Shown in pieces: positions 1 through 10,383 of a stretch of 64,000 nucleotides of DNA. Position 1 is the first letter of the stretch, and each line of letters opens with the position of its first letter. The translations under genes were made by a program, and so were the position numbers. Below the pieces are notes generated by a model. It was not told where the DNA came from. It searched no databases and worked only from the letters and a program-made list of their open reading frames with translations. The stretch is from Candidatus Micrarchaeota archaeon (GTDB lineage Archaea > Micrarchaeota > Micrarchaeia > Anstonellales > Bilamarchaeaceae), in NCBI GenBank assembly GCA_043821365.1, contig JBDRCX010000006.1, positions 384,001 to 448,000 of the forward strand, read 5' to 3'.

Positions 1-1782
1 GGTTTGCCTGCAGTGGTGACTCTTGCACTTTCCATTGCAACAAATCGCATGCTAAAACAAAATGCATTGATGAGGCGGCTTTCTACAGTGCAAGATCTTG
101 GTTCTGTTGATATTATATGTACTGATAAAACAGGTACACTAACCGAAAATACAATGACTGTTGTCAGAATGTATGTTCCAGATACTCATTTTGATATTCT
201 TGGAAAAGGACATGAGACTGATGGAAAATTTGTTGTTCGTGGTGATGGGAACAACACAAATATAGACATGCTTCTAAGGTGTGCCATTCTTTGTAATGAT
301 GCACATAAGACTGAAGGCGGAAAATTCAAGGGAGATCCAACTGAAGTTGCAGTTCTTATTCCTGCCTATAAGGCAGGCCTAAATGTAGATCAAATACGTA
401 AAAAATTCAAAAAAGTAGGTGAAGTTTCTTTTTCTGGAGATCGAAAAATGATGTCAACAGCAAATAATGATGCTAAGACATCCTATTCTTTTGTGAAAGG
501 TGCTCCAGAAGTTGTCATCTCAAGATGTAATAAGGTCCTTATAGACGGTAAAATTAAGAAGCTTTCAAACAAGGATCGTTCATTCCTCATAAAACACAAT
601 ACAAATATGGCATCAGATGCACTAAGGGTACTTGCATTTGCCTATAAAGAAAAACCAAAATCTTTCGAAGAAAAGGACATGGAAAATGACCTTGTATTTC
701 TTGGTTTGATGGGCATGATTGATCCACCTCGTGCAGGTGTAAAAGAAGCAATTGCTGATTGTCGTTCTGCAGGTATAAGAGTGATTATGGTCACAGGTGA
801 CAATATCCATACTGCTTCTGCAATTGGCAAGGGCCTTGGTTTTGCAGGTGCAAGTCTTAATGGTAATGAACTTGATAAGATGTCAGAAGAAGAAATCAAG
901 CGAGTTATAGAAAGGGTTGACATCTATGCAAGAACTAGTCCAAAACATAAAGTTCTCCTTTTGAAGGCATTACAAAGCAACAATCACATCGTGTGTATGA
1001 CTGGTGATGGTGTAAATGATGCTGCAGCTATCAAAAATTCTGATGTTGGTATTGCAATGGGCATTAGAGGTACAGAAGTTACCAAACAGGCAAGTGACAT
1101 CGTTATTCTTGATGATAATTTCATAACAATAAGAAATGCAATATCTGAGGGCAGAAGCACATTTGACAACATAAGAAAATTTGTTGTTTATCTTTTGGGT
1201 GCCAATATTGCAGAAGTTATTATTGTTTTCATAGCCACTGTTACTGCTCTTGGTATATCTCCAAAAATTGCTGTTCAGCTTTTATGGATAAATCTTGTTA
1301 CTGATGGTCTTCCTGCTCTGGCCCTTGGTGTTGATCCTGCTCCTGAAAATGTTATGAAGAGAGGTCCAAGAGAAAAAAGCGAGAGGATGGTAAACAAACA
1401 AACAATCTATTTCCTTGCAATACTTGGTCTTAGTGGTGCGATTGCTTTACTTGGTCTTTATTCCCATATGCTTGCACTTGGCGATGCAGTAAGGGCATAC
1501 TCATTATTATTCACATCTTTTGTTGTAATGGAGATGGTAACAGTCTATGTTGTGAGGTGGAGATATAACACTGCACTTCTCTCAAACAAATGGTTACACT
1601 CGGCAGTACTTATGTCGTTTGTTCTTCAGCTTGCTCTTATCTACGGGCCATTTGGCAGTCTATTTGGAGTTGTACCATTGATCCTAGATGATTGGTTAAA
1701 ATTAGGTATAACAATGATTGGTTATCTAGTTCTGGTTTTCGCAGCAATCGGGCTTGAAAAAATTATAATAAAAAATAAATAA
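1..1782 (+). CDS. P-type cation-transporting ATPase (type IIA/Ca2+-ATPase-like), 5'-truncated
   Basis: DKTGTLT phosphorylation motif, TGDN and GDGVND motifs, C-terminal TM helices. The frame is open from base 1 (GLPAVVT). Confidence 0.95.
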   Translation, partial: GLPAVVTLALSIATNRMLKQNALMRRLSTVQDLGSVDIICTDKTGTLTENTMTVVRMYVPDTHFDILGKGHETDGKFVVRGDGNNTNIDMLLRCAILCNDAHKTEGGKFKGDPTEVAVLIPAYKAGLNVDQIRKKFKKVGEVSFSGDRKMMSTANNDAKTSYSFVKGAPEVVISRCNKVLIDGKIKKLSNKDRSFLIKHNTNMASDALRVLAFAYKEKPKSFEEKDMENDLVFLGLMGMIDPPRAGVKEAIADCRSAGIRVIMVTGDNIHTASAIGKGLGFAGASLNGNELDKMSEEEIKRVIERVDIYARTSPKHKVLLLKALQSNNHIVCMTGDGVNDAAAIKNSDVGIAMGIRGTEVTKQASDIVILDDNFITIRNAISEGRSTFDNIRKFVVYLLGANIAEVIIVFIATVTALGISPKIAVQLLWINLVTDGLPALALGVDPAPENVMKRGPREKSERMVNKQTIYFLAILGLSGAIALLGLYSHMLALGDAVRAYSLLFTSFVVMEMVTVYVVRWRYNTALLSNKWLHSAVLMSFVLQLALIYGPFGSLFGVVPLILDDWLKLGITMIGYLVLVFAAIGLEKIIIKNK

Positions 1783-1790
1783 AAATTAGG

Positions 1791-2243
1791 CTAAGAACAT
1801 TTACCAACAAGTGCTTTTGTTCCTGTTTGTTTTATAGCGGTAATTGTCCCTTTGTTGTATGTAATAACAACATTATCATAGGTGAATGGGGTACCTGCTG
1901 CACCACATGTTGAACCTAGGGTTGCTGTTACTGTTGCAACTTCACCACTGGTAAAGTTCTTTGCAGTTGAATAAACAGAAGCGCCACCGACGGATATGTC
2001 TGTAACTTCTAATCTATCTAAATCATTATTTGCCAATTCTAACTGCATCGTAGTTCCACTTACTACAAATGTTTTTATAGCAAACGGAGAGGTTGATCCC
2101 CAATAGTTTTTACTTTGGGTTTCAAGTGAACCGGCACCAAGGCCTGCGAATCCACCTACGAGGTATACAACAATCAATGCCACAACCAGCACAACTGCCA
2201 GTATGACCAGATATTCTGTCGAAACTTGTCCTTTTCTAAACAT
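1791..2243 (-). CDS. Archaeal type IV pilin (probable major pilin) with class III signal peptide
   Basis: MFRKG/QVSTEYLVILAVVLVV class III signal peptide. RBS GGAGGTG lies 4 nt before the ATG at 2243. Confidence 0.85.
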   Translation of the reverse strand: MFRKGQVSTEYLVILAVVLVVALIVVYLVGGFAGLGAGSLETQSKNYWGSTSPFAIKTFVVSGTTMQLELANNDLDRLEVTDISVGGASVYSTAKNFTSGEVATVTATLGSTCGAAGTPFTYDNVVITYNKGTITAIKQTGTKALVGKCS

Positions 2244-2321
2244 ACTACACCTCCTAATTGCTTGACTATTCATCTGAACACTTAAAAATCTTCTGTCTAG
2301 CTCTATTCTTTGGATTATTAA

Positions 2322-3353
2322 TTATATGTCTCCAAAACCAGACAAAAGTGTTCCTACAACGAATTTAGCCAATAAGTAAAATGCTATTGAACATGCGGAA
2401 AATATTGGGAAATATTTCACTCCATAAATTACCCTACCCCTACCTATTATGCCTATTAAACACGACATAAGCAGGCTAGTTAAAACTAAAACTACCAAAG
2501 ATGTTAGATACATCTGGTCAGGAGTTATAAGTACCTTACCTGAAAAAGATGGAAGACTGGCAATCCCAACATCAGCAACATCATTTTCTGGTTGTATCTT
2601 CAAGAAAACAGTAAGAAAGTGGGTTGATACTGATAACAAAAATGGCATGACCAGAATGACTATGAACCCAAGAAAAATAGTATAGCTTCTTGTGGTTGTT
2701 GTCAGTTCTGCTCTTAGGTCTTGTATTTTTCTAATCTCATCTGCACTTGAATTAAGAAGCCTGGCGAGATGGCCACCAGATCGAATACCTTTTATGAATA
2801 GATTAATAGTTCTTTTCAATATTGAAGAATCAAAATACACTTCTATTGTTTGTAAAGAATCAATCATGGAAGCGGTCCCACTTGCTTTTCCAGTACTTAA
2901 TCTAATTTCTTCATAAAGAGCTCCGAATTCTGGCCTTGCTGCTTTTGTAAATGCCATAAATGGGCTCATACCTGCTCTCATATTTGAAGCAGTCAATAGG
3001 AGAAAATCCGGCAGAACCTTTTCTAATGAAGTTGTTCTGTCAGCTATTTTGAAATACAACCTCAAATATGCTACAGTAAACACCGGAACTGCAGTACCAA
3101 AAAACAACCCAAGTGCAATTAGTCCAGTTTCTAAGTTTGCAATGGGATTATACCATATCAAATACAGTAATACAAGAATCATTCCAAGTGCCAAACTAAG
3201 CAGAACTCTTTTCCCAGCCCATGTTTCAGGGTCCTCTCTTATACCTGCATGGTTAAGTTTTCTACCAAAAAATTTAATCAAACCAGTTGGCAAAGCACAG
3301 CCTATTCTTCGATATGGTCTTTGTTCCATTATTGGGTTTTTTTTCTTAGCCAT
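2322..3353 (-). CDS. Type IV pilus platform protein (T2SS F / TadC / FlaJ family)
   Basis: LPDFLLLTASNMRAGMS-type T2SSF segment and multiple TM helices. Lies in the pilus operon. Confidence 0.85.
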   Translation of the reverse strand: MAKKKNPIMEQRPYRRIGCALPTGLIKFFGRKLNHAGIREDPETWAGKRVLLSLALGMILVLLYLIWYNPIANLETGLIALGLFFGTAVPVFTVAYLRLYFKIADRTTSLEKVLPDFLLLTASNMRAGMSPFMAFTKAARPEFGALYEEIRLSTGKASGTASMIDSLQTIEVYFDSSILKRTINLFIKGIRSGGHLARLLNSSADEIRKIQDLRAELTTTTRSYTIFLGFIVILVMPFLLSVSTHFLTVFLKIQPENDVADVGIASLPSFSGKVLITPDQMYLTSLVVLVLTSLLMSCLIGIIGRGRVIYGVKYFPIFSACSIAFYLLAKFVVGTLLSGFGDI

Positions 3354-3354
3354 A

Positions 3355-4248
3355 TCAACCACCAAAAAGTTCTGGTCTAGTAGAATTCATGTATCCGATC
3401 ATGACTATTTGAAGAAATGCTGATCCGCCAACTAGAAGACCAACAGTAAATAAGTCAACGCCTAATCCACCGAATGCAGATAAAAGTACCATGAATGTAA
3501 CTCCCAATGAAGGTACTACTGCTGCCACGAGCATATACATCAAAAGCATAAAATTCAGGTTTGCAGAATAATTTTTTATTTCCCTATAGTTGGCAGCTTC
3601 AAGTGCATCGGCAATGCCTCCAAGTGCATTTTTCATGCTTGCACCTGACTCAAGTGCGTTTACCATCTGCCAAACTGTTCTTTTTGTGTATTCACTCTCA
3701 CTTTTCAATGCAAGGTGTTTGAGTGCATCAATCTCTGATGTTCCAGTTTCTATTTCCCTAACTACGGTGTCCATTGCTGCAGACACCTGCCTGTAATCAC
3801 TTGTTGCAACATTCTTTATTGAATCAAAAAGCGGAATACCACTGTCAACATCCATTATTATTTCACGAAGTGCAAACAAAAGGTCTTTGTTTTCAAGCAT
3901 AGCTATTTTTTTTAATAGTATGGCAGGATAGATGAGATGAAGCATGAAAAAAACAGTCATTATTCCTAACCCAGCCCCAAGCGAAGTACGTATGATCTCA
4001 TCCAAATCTGGTTTGGTTGAAAGTGCCAGAAGCATAATTAAACAAAAGAAAAAACCATATAAAAATGATGAAATAAATGATCCAACAACATAGCTTTCTG
4101 CGCTAAAGTCATACCCTAATTTGGATATTGTTGTTTTAAGTCCTGGCTGCAAACTAATCAAAATTTTCCCAAGCCCTCGTAATCTTCTTCCTAGTCTTCC
4201 AACTGCTCTAAATGATATTAATAAGAATGGTATTCTAGGTGGATTCAT
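3355..4248 (-). CDS. Second type IV pilus platform protein (TadB/TadC family)
   Basis: ALREIIMDVDSGIPL T2SSF-like segment and TM helices. TGATG overlap with the upstream ATPase stop. Confidence 0.85.
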   Translation of the reverse strand: MNPPRIPFLLISFRAVGRLGRRLRGLGKILISLQPGLKTTISKLGYDFSAESYVVGSFISSFLYGFFFCLIMLLALSTKPDLDEIIRTSLGAGLGIMTVFFMLHLIYPAILLKKIAMLENKDLLFALREIIMDVDSGIPLFDSIKNVATSDYRQVSAAMDTVVREIETGTSEIDALKHLALKSESEYTKRTVWQMVNALESGASMKNALGGIADALEAANYREIKNYSANLNFMLLMYMLVAAVVPSLGVTFMVLLSAFGGLGVDLFTVGLLVGGSAFLQIVMIGYMNSTRPELFGG

Positions 4249-5975
4249 CAAAGCACCTTTGATGGAGTGGCTTTATTTGAAACTGACTTTAGAAAACCAG
4301 CTTCATCAGCATAATATGCTTTCATTACCTTCCCTATTTCTTCAATATGTTCAAGCTTGTGTTTTACCATCCACTGAAGAACCATTTGTTTGTCTTTTTG
4401 ATCATCTTCAACTTCTTTTTCAGTCATACCTGTGTGTATATTCATCTGCTCAACATATCTGTGAGGTGATTTAACAAACTGGAAACTATCGTTTCTTGGC
4501 CTCCACAAATATATTTTATTTACCTCAGGATTACCACTACTTGATGCGATCTCTGAAACCTCTAATGTCCTTCTAATATTTCTTCTTCTATCTCTATATT
4601 GTACTACTAGCAAATGAATATCTTCAATTTCAGAAGCAGGAACCTCTATTGGTGGTTCAACAAGTCTTTTGATAACTTGCGAACCAGTGTCTGCGTGAAT
4701 TGTAGAGTAAACACTGTGTCCAGTGTGCATTGCTTCAAAAAGAACTTCAGCTTCTTTTTTCCTTCTAATTTCCCCCATGACTATTCTATCTGGTCTCATT
4801 CTCAATGCATTAACAACAAGGTCAAGCATTGTTACTTCTCCTGCCCCTTCTGGATTCGGGAGTCTGGTTACCAGAGGTACCCAATTCCATTGATAAGTTG
4901 GGAGCATAAGTTCTCTTGTATCCTCTATAGTCACTATCCTCTGGAATGGTTGGATCAATGACAAAAGTCCATTGAGTGCACTTGTTTTTCCGCTTGCCGT
5001 TCCACCTGCAATAAGAACATTCATCTCATATTGCATTGCCTGCCAAAGTAATGCAGCCATTTCAGTTGACATTGAAGTATTTTCTGGTTTTAGGTAACTT
5101 ACAATGGTCCACGGGTTCTTTGCAAACAATCTCATTGTTATTGTATTTCCATGTGCAGAAACAGGATAAAGTGTTGCATTGACTCTGTCACCATTGGCAA
5201 GGTGTGCATCAAGTATTGGGTTAAGCATACTTATTTGCCTCCCAACTTTTCTTGCTATTTGTTCTGAATAATTTCTTGTTGCTTCTTCGGTGTTCAAATA
5301 GATGTTTGTCCTCATCCATCCATACTTCTTATGATAAACAGCAACAGGAAGATTGCATGAATTTATGATTATCTCCTCAAGTTTTGGGTCACCTATCAAA
5401 AGTTCCAGTTCGCCAAGACCATACATCTCATTTACTACAAGATCGGAAATTAATTCAAGTGCATCTGATTTTGGATTAAGATCTTTCTTTATTCTTTGTT
5501 TTATCAGTTCTCTTCTGTATAAGAATTTCTCACTCATACCTTCTTCACTTGAAGTTGTTTCAATTGGCAAATCCTTTGCAATATCCATTTTTAGATATTC
5601 AAGATAGACTCGAGTATGGGGCGTTACCCGCGGTCTCCGTATGCTATACATTGGCCTTCTTTCTTCTTCTGATTTAAGAACCCAAATAGATTCGCTTGTG
5701 TGGGCTCCAGTTGCAGGTATCAAATATTCCTCTATTTTTTTTCCATCCTCGTGTTTTGTCTCTTCTTTTGGCAAGTCTTTTATTGTCATCCATGGTTGTT
5801 CAATCATGTTTGCAGCATAATGAGTTTTTGCAAGTCCTGCTTTCTCAAGTAAAAGTGCCACTCTTTCCACGCTTTCTTCTTCCCACGGTAATTCTCTTGC
5901 TAATTTTCTATAATTCGCTTTCTTGTTTTTTCGAACAATCTCAACCATCTTATCTATTATCGTGGTTACTAGCAT
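4248..5975 (-). CDS. Type IV pilus assembly ATPase (CpaF/VirB11/PilB family)
   Basis: Walker A GGTASGKTS, TIEDTREL Asp box, LRMRPDRIVMGEIR Walker B, HTGH His box. Confidence 0.92.
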   Translation of the reverse strand: MLVTTIIDKMVEIVRKNKKANYRKLARELPWEEESVERVALLLEKAGLAKTHYAANMIEQPWMTIKDLPKEETKHEDGKKIEEYLIPATGAHTSESIWVLKSEEERRPMYSIRRPRVTPHTRVYLEYLKMDIAKDLPIETTSSEEGMSEKFLYRRELIKQRIKKDLNPKSDALELISDLVVNEMYGLGELELLIGDPKLEEIIINSCNLPVAVYHKKYGWMRTNIYLNTEEATRNYSEQIARKVGRQISMLNPILDAHLANGDRVNATLYPVSAHGNTITMRLFAKNPWTIVSYLKPENTSMSTEMAALLWQAMQYEMNVLIAGGTASGKTSALNGLLSLIQPFQRIVTIEDTRELMLPTYQWNWVPLVTRLPNPEGAGEVTMLDLVVNALRMRPDRIVMGEIRRKKEAEVLFEAMHTGHSVYSTIHADTGSQVIKRLVEPPIEVPASEIEDIHLLVVQYRDRRRNIRRTLEVSEIASSSGNPEVNKIYLWRPRNDSFQFVKSPHRYVEQMNIHTGMTEKEVEDDQKDKQMVLQWMVKHKLEHIEEIGKVMKAYYADEAGFLKSVSNKATPSKVL

Positions 5976-6009
5976 GTTCTATCCTCTCCTAGTAGGTTTT
6001 AATTTATTC

Positions 6010-6843
6010 TTATTTTCCAATTCGTCTTGTTATGCTGAATGGTCCCTGCGTGTAATCTATAGTTGCATCATATTCATACCCTTTTTTTGTGGCTGGGTCT
6101 ATCGGAGGCAAGGTTACTTTCCATGAAGTTTCAGCTCTTATGTCCTCAGAATTCATATACAATGAACCAAAATTACTGCTTTGCTGCCCAACTTTTATGG
6201 TCATAGCACTACCACCCACATATTCTACTTTGAAAGTGTTTACTTGATTTGGAAAAACCTTTCCTTCTTCAACTTCAGTACCGTTCAAATCTGTATAAGT
6301 TATGGTGACGTTCAACGTTCCGTTTTCATCAAATGCCATGTGTGTAACATTTTCACGTACTGCAGTTATTGTAAAGTTTATCTCGTATGATGTGGCATCA
6401 GTACCACCATCCTTTGTGAATAATGTCTCATTTGTGGCATGATCATTTGTGTAAACATACTCCTCATTTATGAAAATTCTTATGGTTCCATTTGTAAGAT
6501 TGGTAAAATTGGTGTTTATTGTGCTTGCAGTCTGTATTGCAACTTCACTTACTAAAAATGCTTCATAGGCAGAAATCTGAGATGAAAAATTCTGACTTTC
6601 GAGTGTGTCTGCTATTGTTAGCTCAGTGCTGGTATTCTTCTGGTCAATATAGAGTTGAGGTCCAATAATCGAATTAAGTTCATAAGCAATATCATCAAGC
6701 AGGAATGCACCGTATGTTAGTGGCAATGGTTCAAGCAAAGTTCTTTCAGTACTAAGCTGTCCGTTACGTAAAGATATCACTAACATTATGAGTACCATGA
6801 TCAAGCTTACAGACAAAATGGTTATTACAAATCCACGGCGCAT
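6010..6843 (-). CDS. Pilin-like protein with class III signal peptide
   Basis: MRRG/FVITILSVSLIMVLIML N-terminus, followed by a beta-rich domain with many N-x-T/S sequons. Confidence 0.6.
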   Translation of the reverse strand: MRRGFVITILSVSLIMVLIMLVISLRNGQLSTERTLLEPLPLTYGAFLLDDIAYELNSIIGPQLYIDQKNTSTELTIADTLESQNFSSQISAYEAFLVSEVAIQTASTINTNFTNLTNGTIRIFINEEYVYTNDHATNETLFTKDGGTDATSYEINFTITAVRENVTHMAFDENGTLNVTITYTDLNGTEVEEGKVFPNQVNTFKVEYVGGSAMTIKVGQQSSNFGSLYMNSEDIRAETSWKVTLPPIDPATKKGYEYDATIDYTQGPFSITRRIGK

Positions 6844-6856
6844 TCATACACTCTTT

Positions 6857-7261
6857 TTATGGCTCTTTTCTAAGCCATGATTCTGATTTTATTATATACC
6901 TGCTATTTTCGTAGATAATAGGGCTTGCAGTTGTTTGCACATCGAGTCCAAATGTCTCATTACAGTCGTTTTTAATCGCATTTGTTATGACATATCCTTT
7001 ATCATCTATTATTGTTATCTCTATACACGCAAGGTTTGGTGTTGCTTCTATAACATCCTGCATCAAAGTAGTATTGCCTTCAATTGCATAGTCGAGTCTT
7101 CCTGTTTTTTGAAGAACAGTAACTGTATCCATTGTGAGTTGTTTTAGGTATACTCCTTCTGGTGCTCTCGGATTGTGACTTTGGCTTGCAATTATTATCA
7201 TTGCAAACATGATAACTGATATTGCAACTGTTGCATCAAGTGTGATTGCAAATCCTTTCAT
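6857..7261 (-). CDS. Minor pilin-like protein
   Basis: MKG/FAITLDATVAISVIMF class III-like signal. ATGA overlap with the upstream gene. Confidence 0.65.
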   Translation of the reverse strand: MKGFAITLDATVAISVIMFAMIIIASQSHNPRAPEGVYLKQLTMDTVTVLQKTGRLDYAIEGNTTLMQDVIEATPNLACIEITIIDDKGYVITNAIKNDCNETFGLDVQTTASPIIYENSRYIIKSESWLRKEP

Positions 7262-7767
7262 CCTCCCCAAACCTCCATGTGTACTATTACTGGTTCTCCG
7301 TCCAAAATAGCAAGTCGATCAAAGTTCAGGGAATTATTGAGTGCAACTTCAAAATTACCAAATTCATAGTGTATTATGTTTCCAGTGATATCTGTGATCC
7401 GCATTGCAAACTCATATTTTTGCATGCCAAGTCTATCCTTTACAGTTGAATACGCAGTTGCATTTTCTGCAACTAATTTTTCAATTTTTAATCTGTTCAG
7501 TTCATTTCTTCCATTTACAAGTCCTATTGCTTTTACCTCGCCATCTATTTGAGGGAGCATCTCCCAACTTTCTGGTTCTCCTGGTGTTGCCAGTAAGGAT
7601 TCAGATGCAAAAAATGCACTTGTTTCCATTGCAGTTTGTTTATTGGCAAGATTCCATCGTATTCCGACAATATTCCACATGGCAAGATAAAGCAGTAGTA
7701 TGAACATCAACGCGGCAAGACCTACAGTGAAGTCAAAAGTCCATATCTGTCCTTTACTTGATGATAT
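7258..7767 (-). CDS. Minor pilin-like protein, inferred ATA start
   Basis: In-frame extension upstream of the tracked TTG (7710) gives (M)SSSKG/QIWTFDFTVGLAALMF. It is bounded by an in-frame TAG at 7770-7768, and GGTGA lies 5 nt upstream of the ATA at 7767. Confidence 0.65.
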   Translation of the reverse strand: MSSSKGQIWTFDFTVGLAALMFILLLYLAMWNIVGIRWNLANKQTAMETSAFFASESLLATPGEPESWEMLPQIDGEVKAIGLVNGRNELNRLKIEKLVAENATAYSTVKDRLGMQKYEFAMRITDITGNIIHYEFGNFEVALNNSLNFDRLAILDGEPVIVHMEVWGG

Positions 7768-8143
7768 CTATCTCACCTTGGTTGTTTGTTACTATCACTT
7801 CTTTTTCATCAAGTGTGCTCTCATTTACGTTTCCATTAATTAGAGGTGCACTTCCTGATGCATATGGTCGGTATGATGTAACTGCATGGTCAGTTATTGT
7901 GATGTTCTCTTCATTCAAAACATTTGTTACTGTGAAATTGTAACTTGCCCCATCCCCAGCAAGGTAAACATAATTGATTACAGCAGCTACTGAATTTGCA
8001 TTTCTAAAAGAATTTATTTTATCTTGAGTTTGAAAAAGATTAAGGCCACCATCATAGTAAATTGCAAAAACCACAAGAAAAATTGTAAACAATGCCGAAT
8101 AAACTATCATGAATTCTGATGAAACTTGTGCTCTCATCATCAT
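7754..8143 (-). CDS. Minor pilin-like protein
   Basis: MMMRA/QVSSEFMIVYSALF class III signal peptide. Confidence 0.7.
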   Translation of the reverse strand: MMMRAQVSSEFMIVYSALFTIFLVVFAIYYDGGLNLFQTQDKINSFRNANSVAAVINYVYLAGDGASYNFTVTNVLNEENITITDHAVTSYRPYASGSAPLINGNVNESTLDEKEVIVTNNQGEIDIIK

Positions 8144-10383
8144 CTACCTATGTTTTGGAATATGTAAGTAAGAGTTTGTGCATTTGGTGCAAAATAATAA
8201 TCTCCGTGTGTAAGCAAGGCAATATTAGTTAATTCAACTTCATCCACATCATACCCAAATCCTATTGTGTAAACAACTATGTCCCTGTCTCTACAATAAA
8301 CTGCGCCAGTTATTGAATTTCCTGTATTTGCTTTTCCATCAGTAAGTAAAACTATAACTTTGTTTGCCTCAGGTCTTGCTCTTGCAGAGGTAAGTTCATC
8401 TGCTGCATCTTCTAAACCACACTGGATACATGTATTCCCATATGGACTGAGCGTATCAATTGCATTTTTCAATGCTTGTTGGTTTGCCGGATCCATATCT
8501 TTCAATAGTTCATCAAGTGTTGAGCTTGTGCTATAAGATACAAGGCCTGCTTGGATATTGTTACCAGCAATATCAATGAAGATTTTCGATGAATTCTTTG
8601 TTGCTGCCATCTTTGTTGGTGGTTGTTGGAATGAAAATTCTCTATTATACGCATAGCATCCGCTTGAGCTTCTCTTCAACCAAAGATCTATGGTAAATGG
8701 TGTTTCATATCCGGAAATATCCACCTCTTCTGTCAAAAATCCATAGTATGTGGAGGTTCTACTCCCAGTTGCTATTTCATTCCCATCGATAGTTGCACGG
8801 TAATAAACTGTACATCCCCATGAACTTGCTCTGATTTCTGTTGAAAGGTCTGCAATATCTCCATCTGTCTGCTCTATTGTTATACTCTTCACCCATGACC
8901 ATCCAGTACTAGATGCCCATACACTGTTACTATTGGTTACCTCGGTAATATATTCGTCCATCGACCCTGATCTATCAAGCACAAGCATTAAGTCAACATC
9001 AACAATTCCAAAACTATCATTGTAAATCCCACCAATGTTTCCTAGAGAATCAGTGCATTGATGGTAAGCAGTATGGTATCCAACTGGTAGGGGACCAACA
9101 TTGTATGTAAAGTTCTCTGTTGGTGAATCCCACGATCCATCTGTTGGGAGGGAAGGGGACCACATACCATCATCTATTTTTACATTACATCCTTGCATGT
9201 CACTATTCCCAGTGTATGCATCTGTTGCGGTTCCACCAACTGTAATATTTGAAAGTGTTGTTGGCCATTCTGTATGGTTCATACTTATCACAATTGGCCC
9301 AAGCACATCCGATTCACTTACCATAAAATAGTAATATGCTATTGGTCCAAGATTGTTCCAAACATCAGTACATCTTGTTCTAATCGTGTGTGGACCAAGT
9401 GCAAAACCTTCAGTATAATTGTAAACTGACAATTCTATGGTTTCATCATATGCTCCATCCATTGGAAGCATATCTTGCCAACTATCCTCGTTATCAGCAT
9501 CAATTTCACAACCTTTTATTGTACTGTTCCCAGTAAGCTCATCGCTTGCATTTACAAATATTGCAAGTGGTTCTAGTTTGATTGCAGGTGTCGGATCCTG
9601 GTAAATGTTCACAACAAACGGTCCAAGCAAATCCTCTTCTGGTTCAGGTTCATAATAAGGAATAACATAAACAGTCACAGGTACATCAACATTCTCAGTA
9701 TACCCCAAAGAGTCTAATGCAATCAGTTCTATTTTTCCAACATAGGTTCCACCTGCATCAAATGTTGATGTAAATTCCAAATCTATTGTTTCAGAATCAT
9801 CAACAGTTAAGGAAAATGAACTTGGGACCCCGGTCATTTGTACATCCGGATTGTTCCATGTTGTTACTGTATTAACATCAAAATCTCTCACCCAAATATT
9901 TTTTACTGAAAATGAAATGCTTTCTGTGCTATTGCTATCCATTACAACATAAATTCTATTTTTACTAAGTTCCATCATAGCGTCCCCTATACGGACTCTA
10001 TTACCCTCAGATACCACCCAGACCCAATGGCCACCTGGGCTTGATGGAAGATACCCTCTTACATTAAAATTTTCAAGTGAAACATGATCAGTTCCAGCTG
10101 CTCTTATTCTAATTGATTTATTGACAACTACTGAATATTCAGGTTCATACGTACTTGGTAGTTGTACGTATACTAATTTTTTGGAACCTTCGCCTTGGGC
10201 ATAAACTTCTTTTGCAGCTGAGCTTAAATCCAATAAAGAATTTCTTGCATTGGTGTTATCATTCATATTCTGTATTGTCGTTATTTGTCCTTGTGACATT
10301 ACAACTATTACAATAAGTACAAGCATGGCAATTGTTAAGATTATAAGAAACTCCATGCTTGTTTGAGCTTTAGAACTTTGCAA
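8140..10383 (-). CDS. Large pilin-like adhesin with two Ig-like repeats and a C-terminal vWA domain
   Basis: MQSSKA/QTSMEFLIIL class III signal. Two repeats of D(L/V)LGP..TGNS..GC..DG..D..E..HT..CTD..N.G. vWA MIDAS LVLDRSGSM and LLTDG. Confidence 0.85.
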   Translation of the reverse strand: MQSSKAQTSMEFLIILTIAMLVLIVIVVMSQGQITTIQNMNDNTNARNSLLDLSSAAKEVYAQGEGSKKLVYVQLPSTYEPEYSVVVNKSIRIRAAGTDHVSLENFNVRGYLPSSPGGHWVWVVSEGNRVRIGDAMMELSKNRIYVVMDSNSTESISFSVKNIWVRDFDVNTVTTWNNPDVQMTGVPSSFSLTVDDSETIDLEFTSTFDAGGTYVGKIELIALDSLGYTENVDVPVTVYVIPYYEPEPEEDLLGPFVVNIYQDPTPAIKLEPLAIFVNASDELTGNSTIKGCEIDADNEDSWQDMLPMDGAYDETIELSVYNYTEGFALGPHTIRTRCTDVWNNLGPIAYYYFMVSESDVLGPIVISMNHTEWPTTLSNITVGGTATDAYTGNSDMQGCNVKIDDGMWSPSLPTDGSWDSPTENFTYNVGPLPVGYHTAYHQCTDSLGNIGGIYNDSFGIVDVDLMLVLDRSGSMDEYITEVTNSNSVWASSTGWSWVKSITIEQTDGDIADLSTEIRASSWGCTVYYRATIDGNEIATGSRTSTYYGFLTEEVDISGYETPFTIDLWLKRSSSGCYAYNREFSFQQPPTKMAATKNSSKIFIDIAGNNIQAGLVSYSTSSTLDELLKDMDPANQQALKNAIDTLSPYGNTCIQCGLEDAADELTSARARPEANKVIVLLTDGKANTGNSITGAVYCRDRDIVVYTIGFGYDVDEVELTNIALLTHGDYYFAPNAQTLTYIFQNIGR

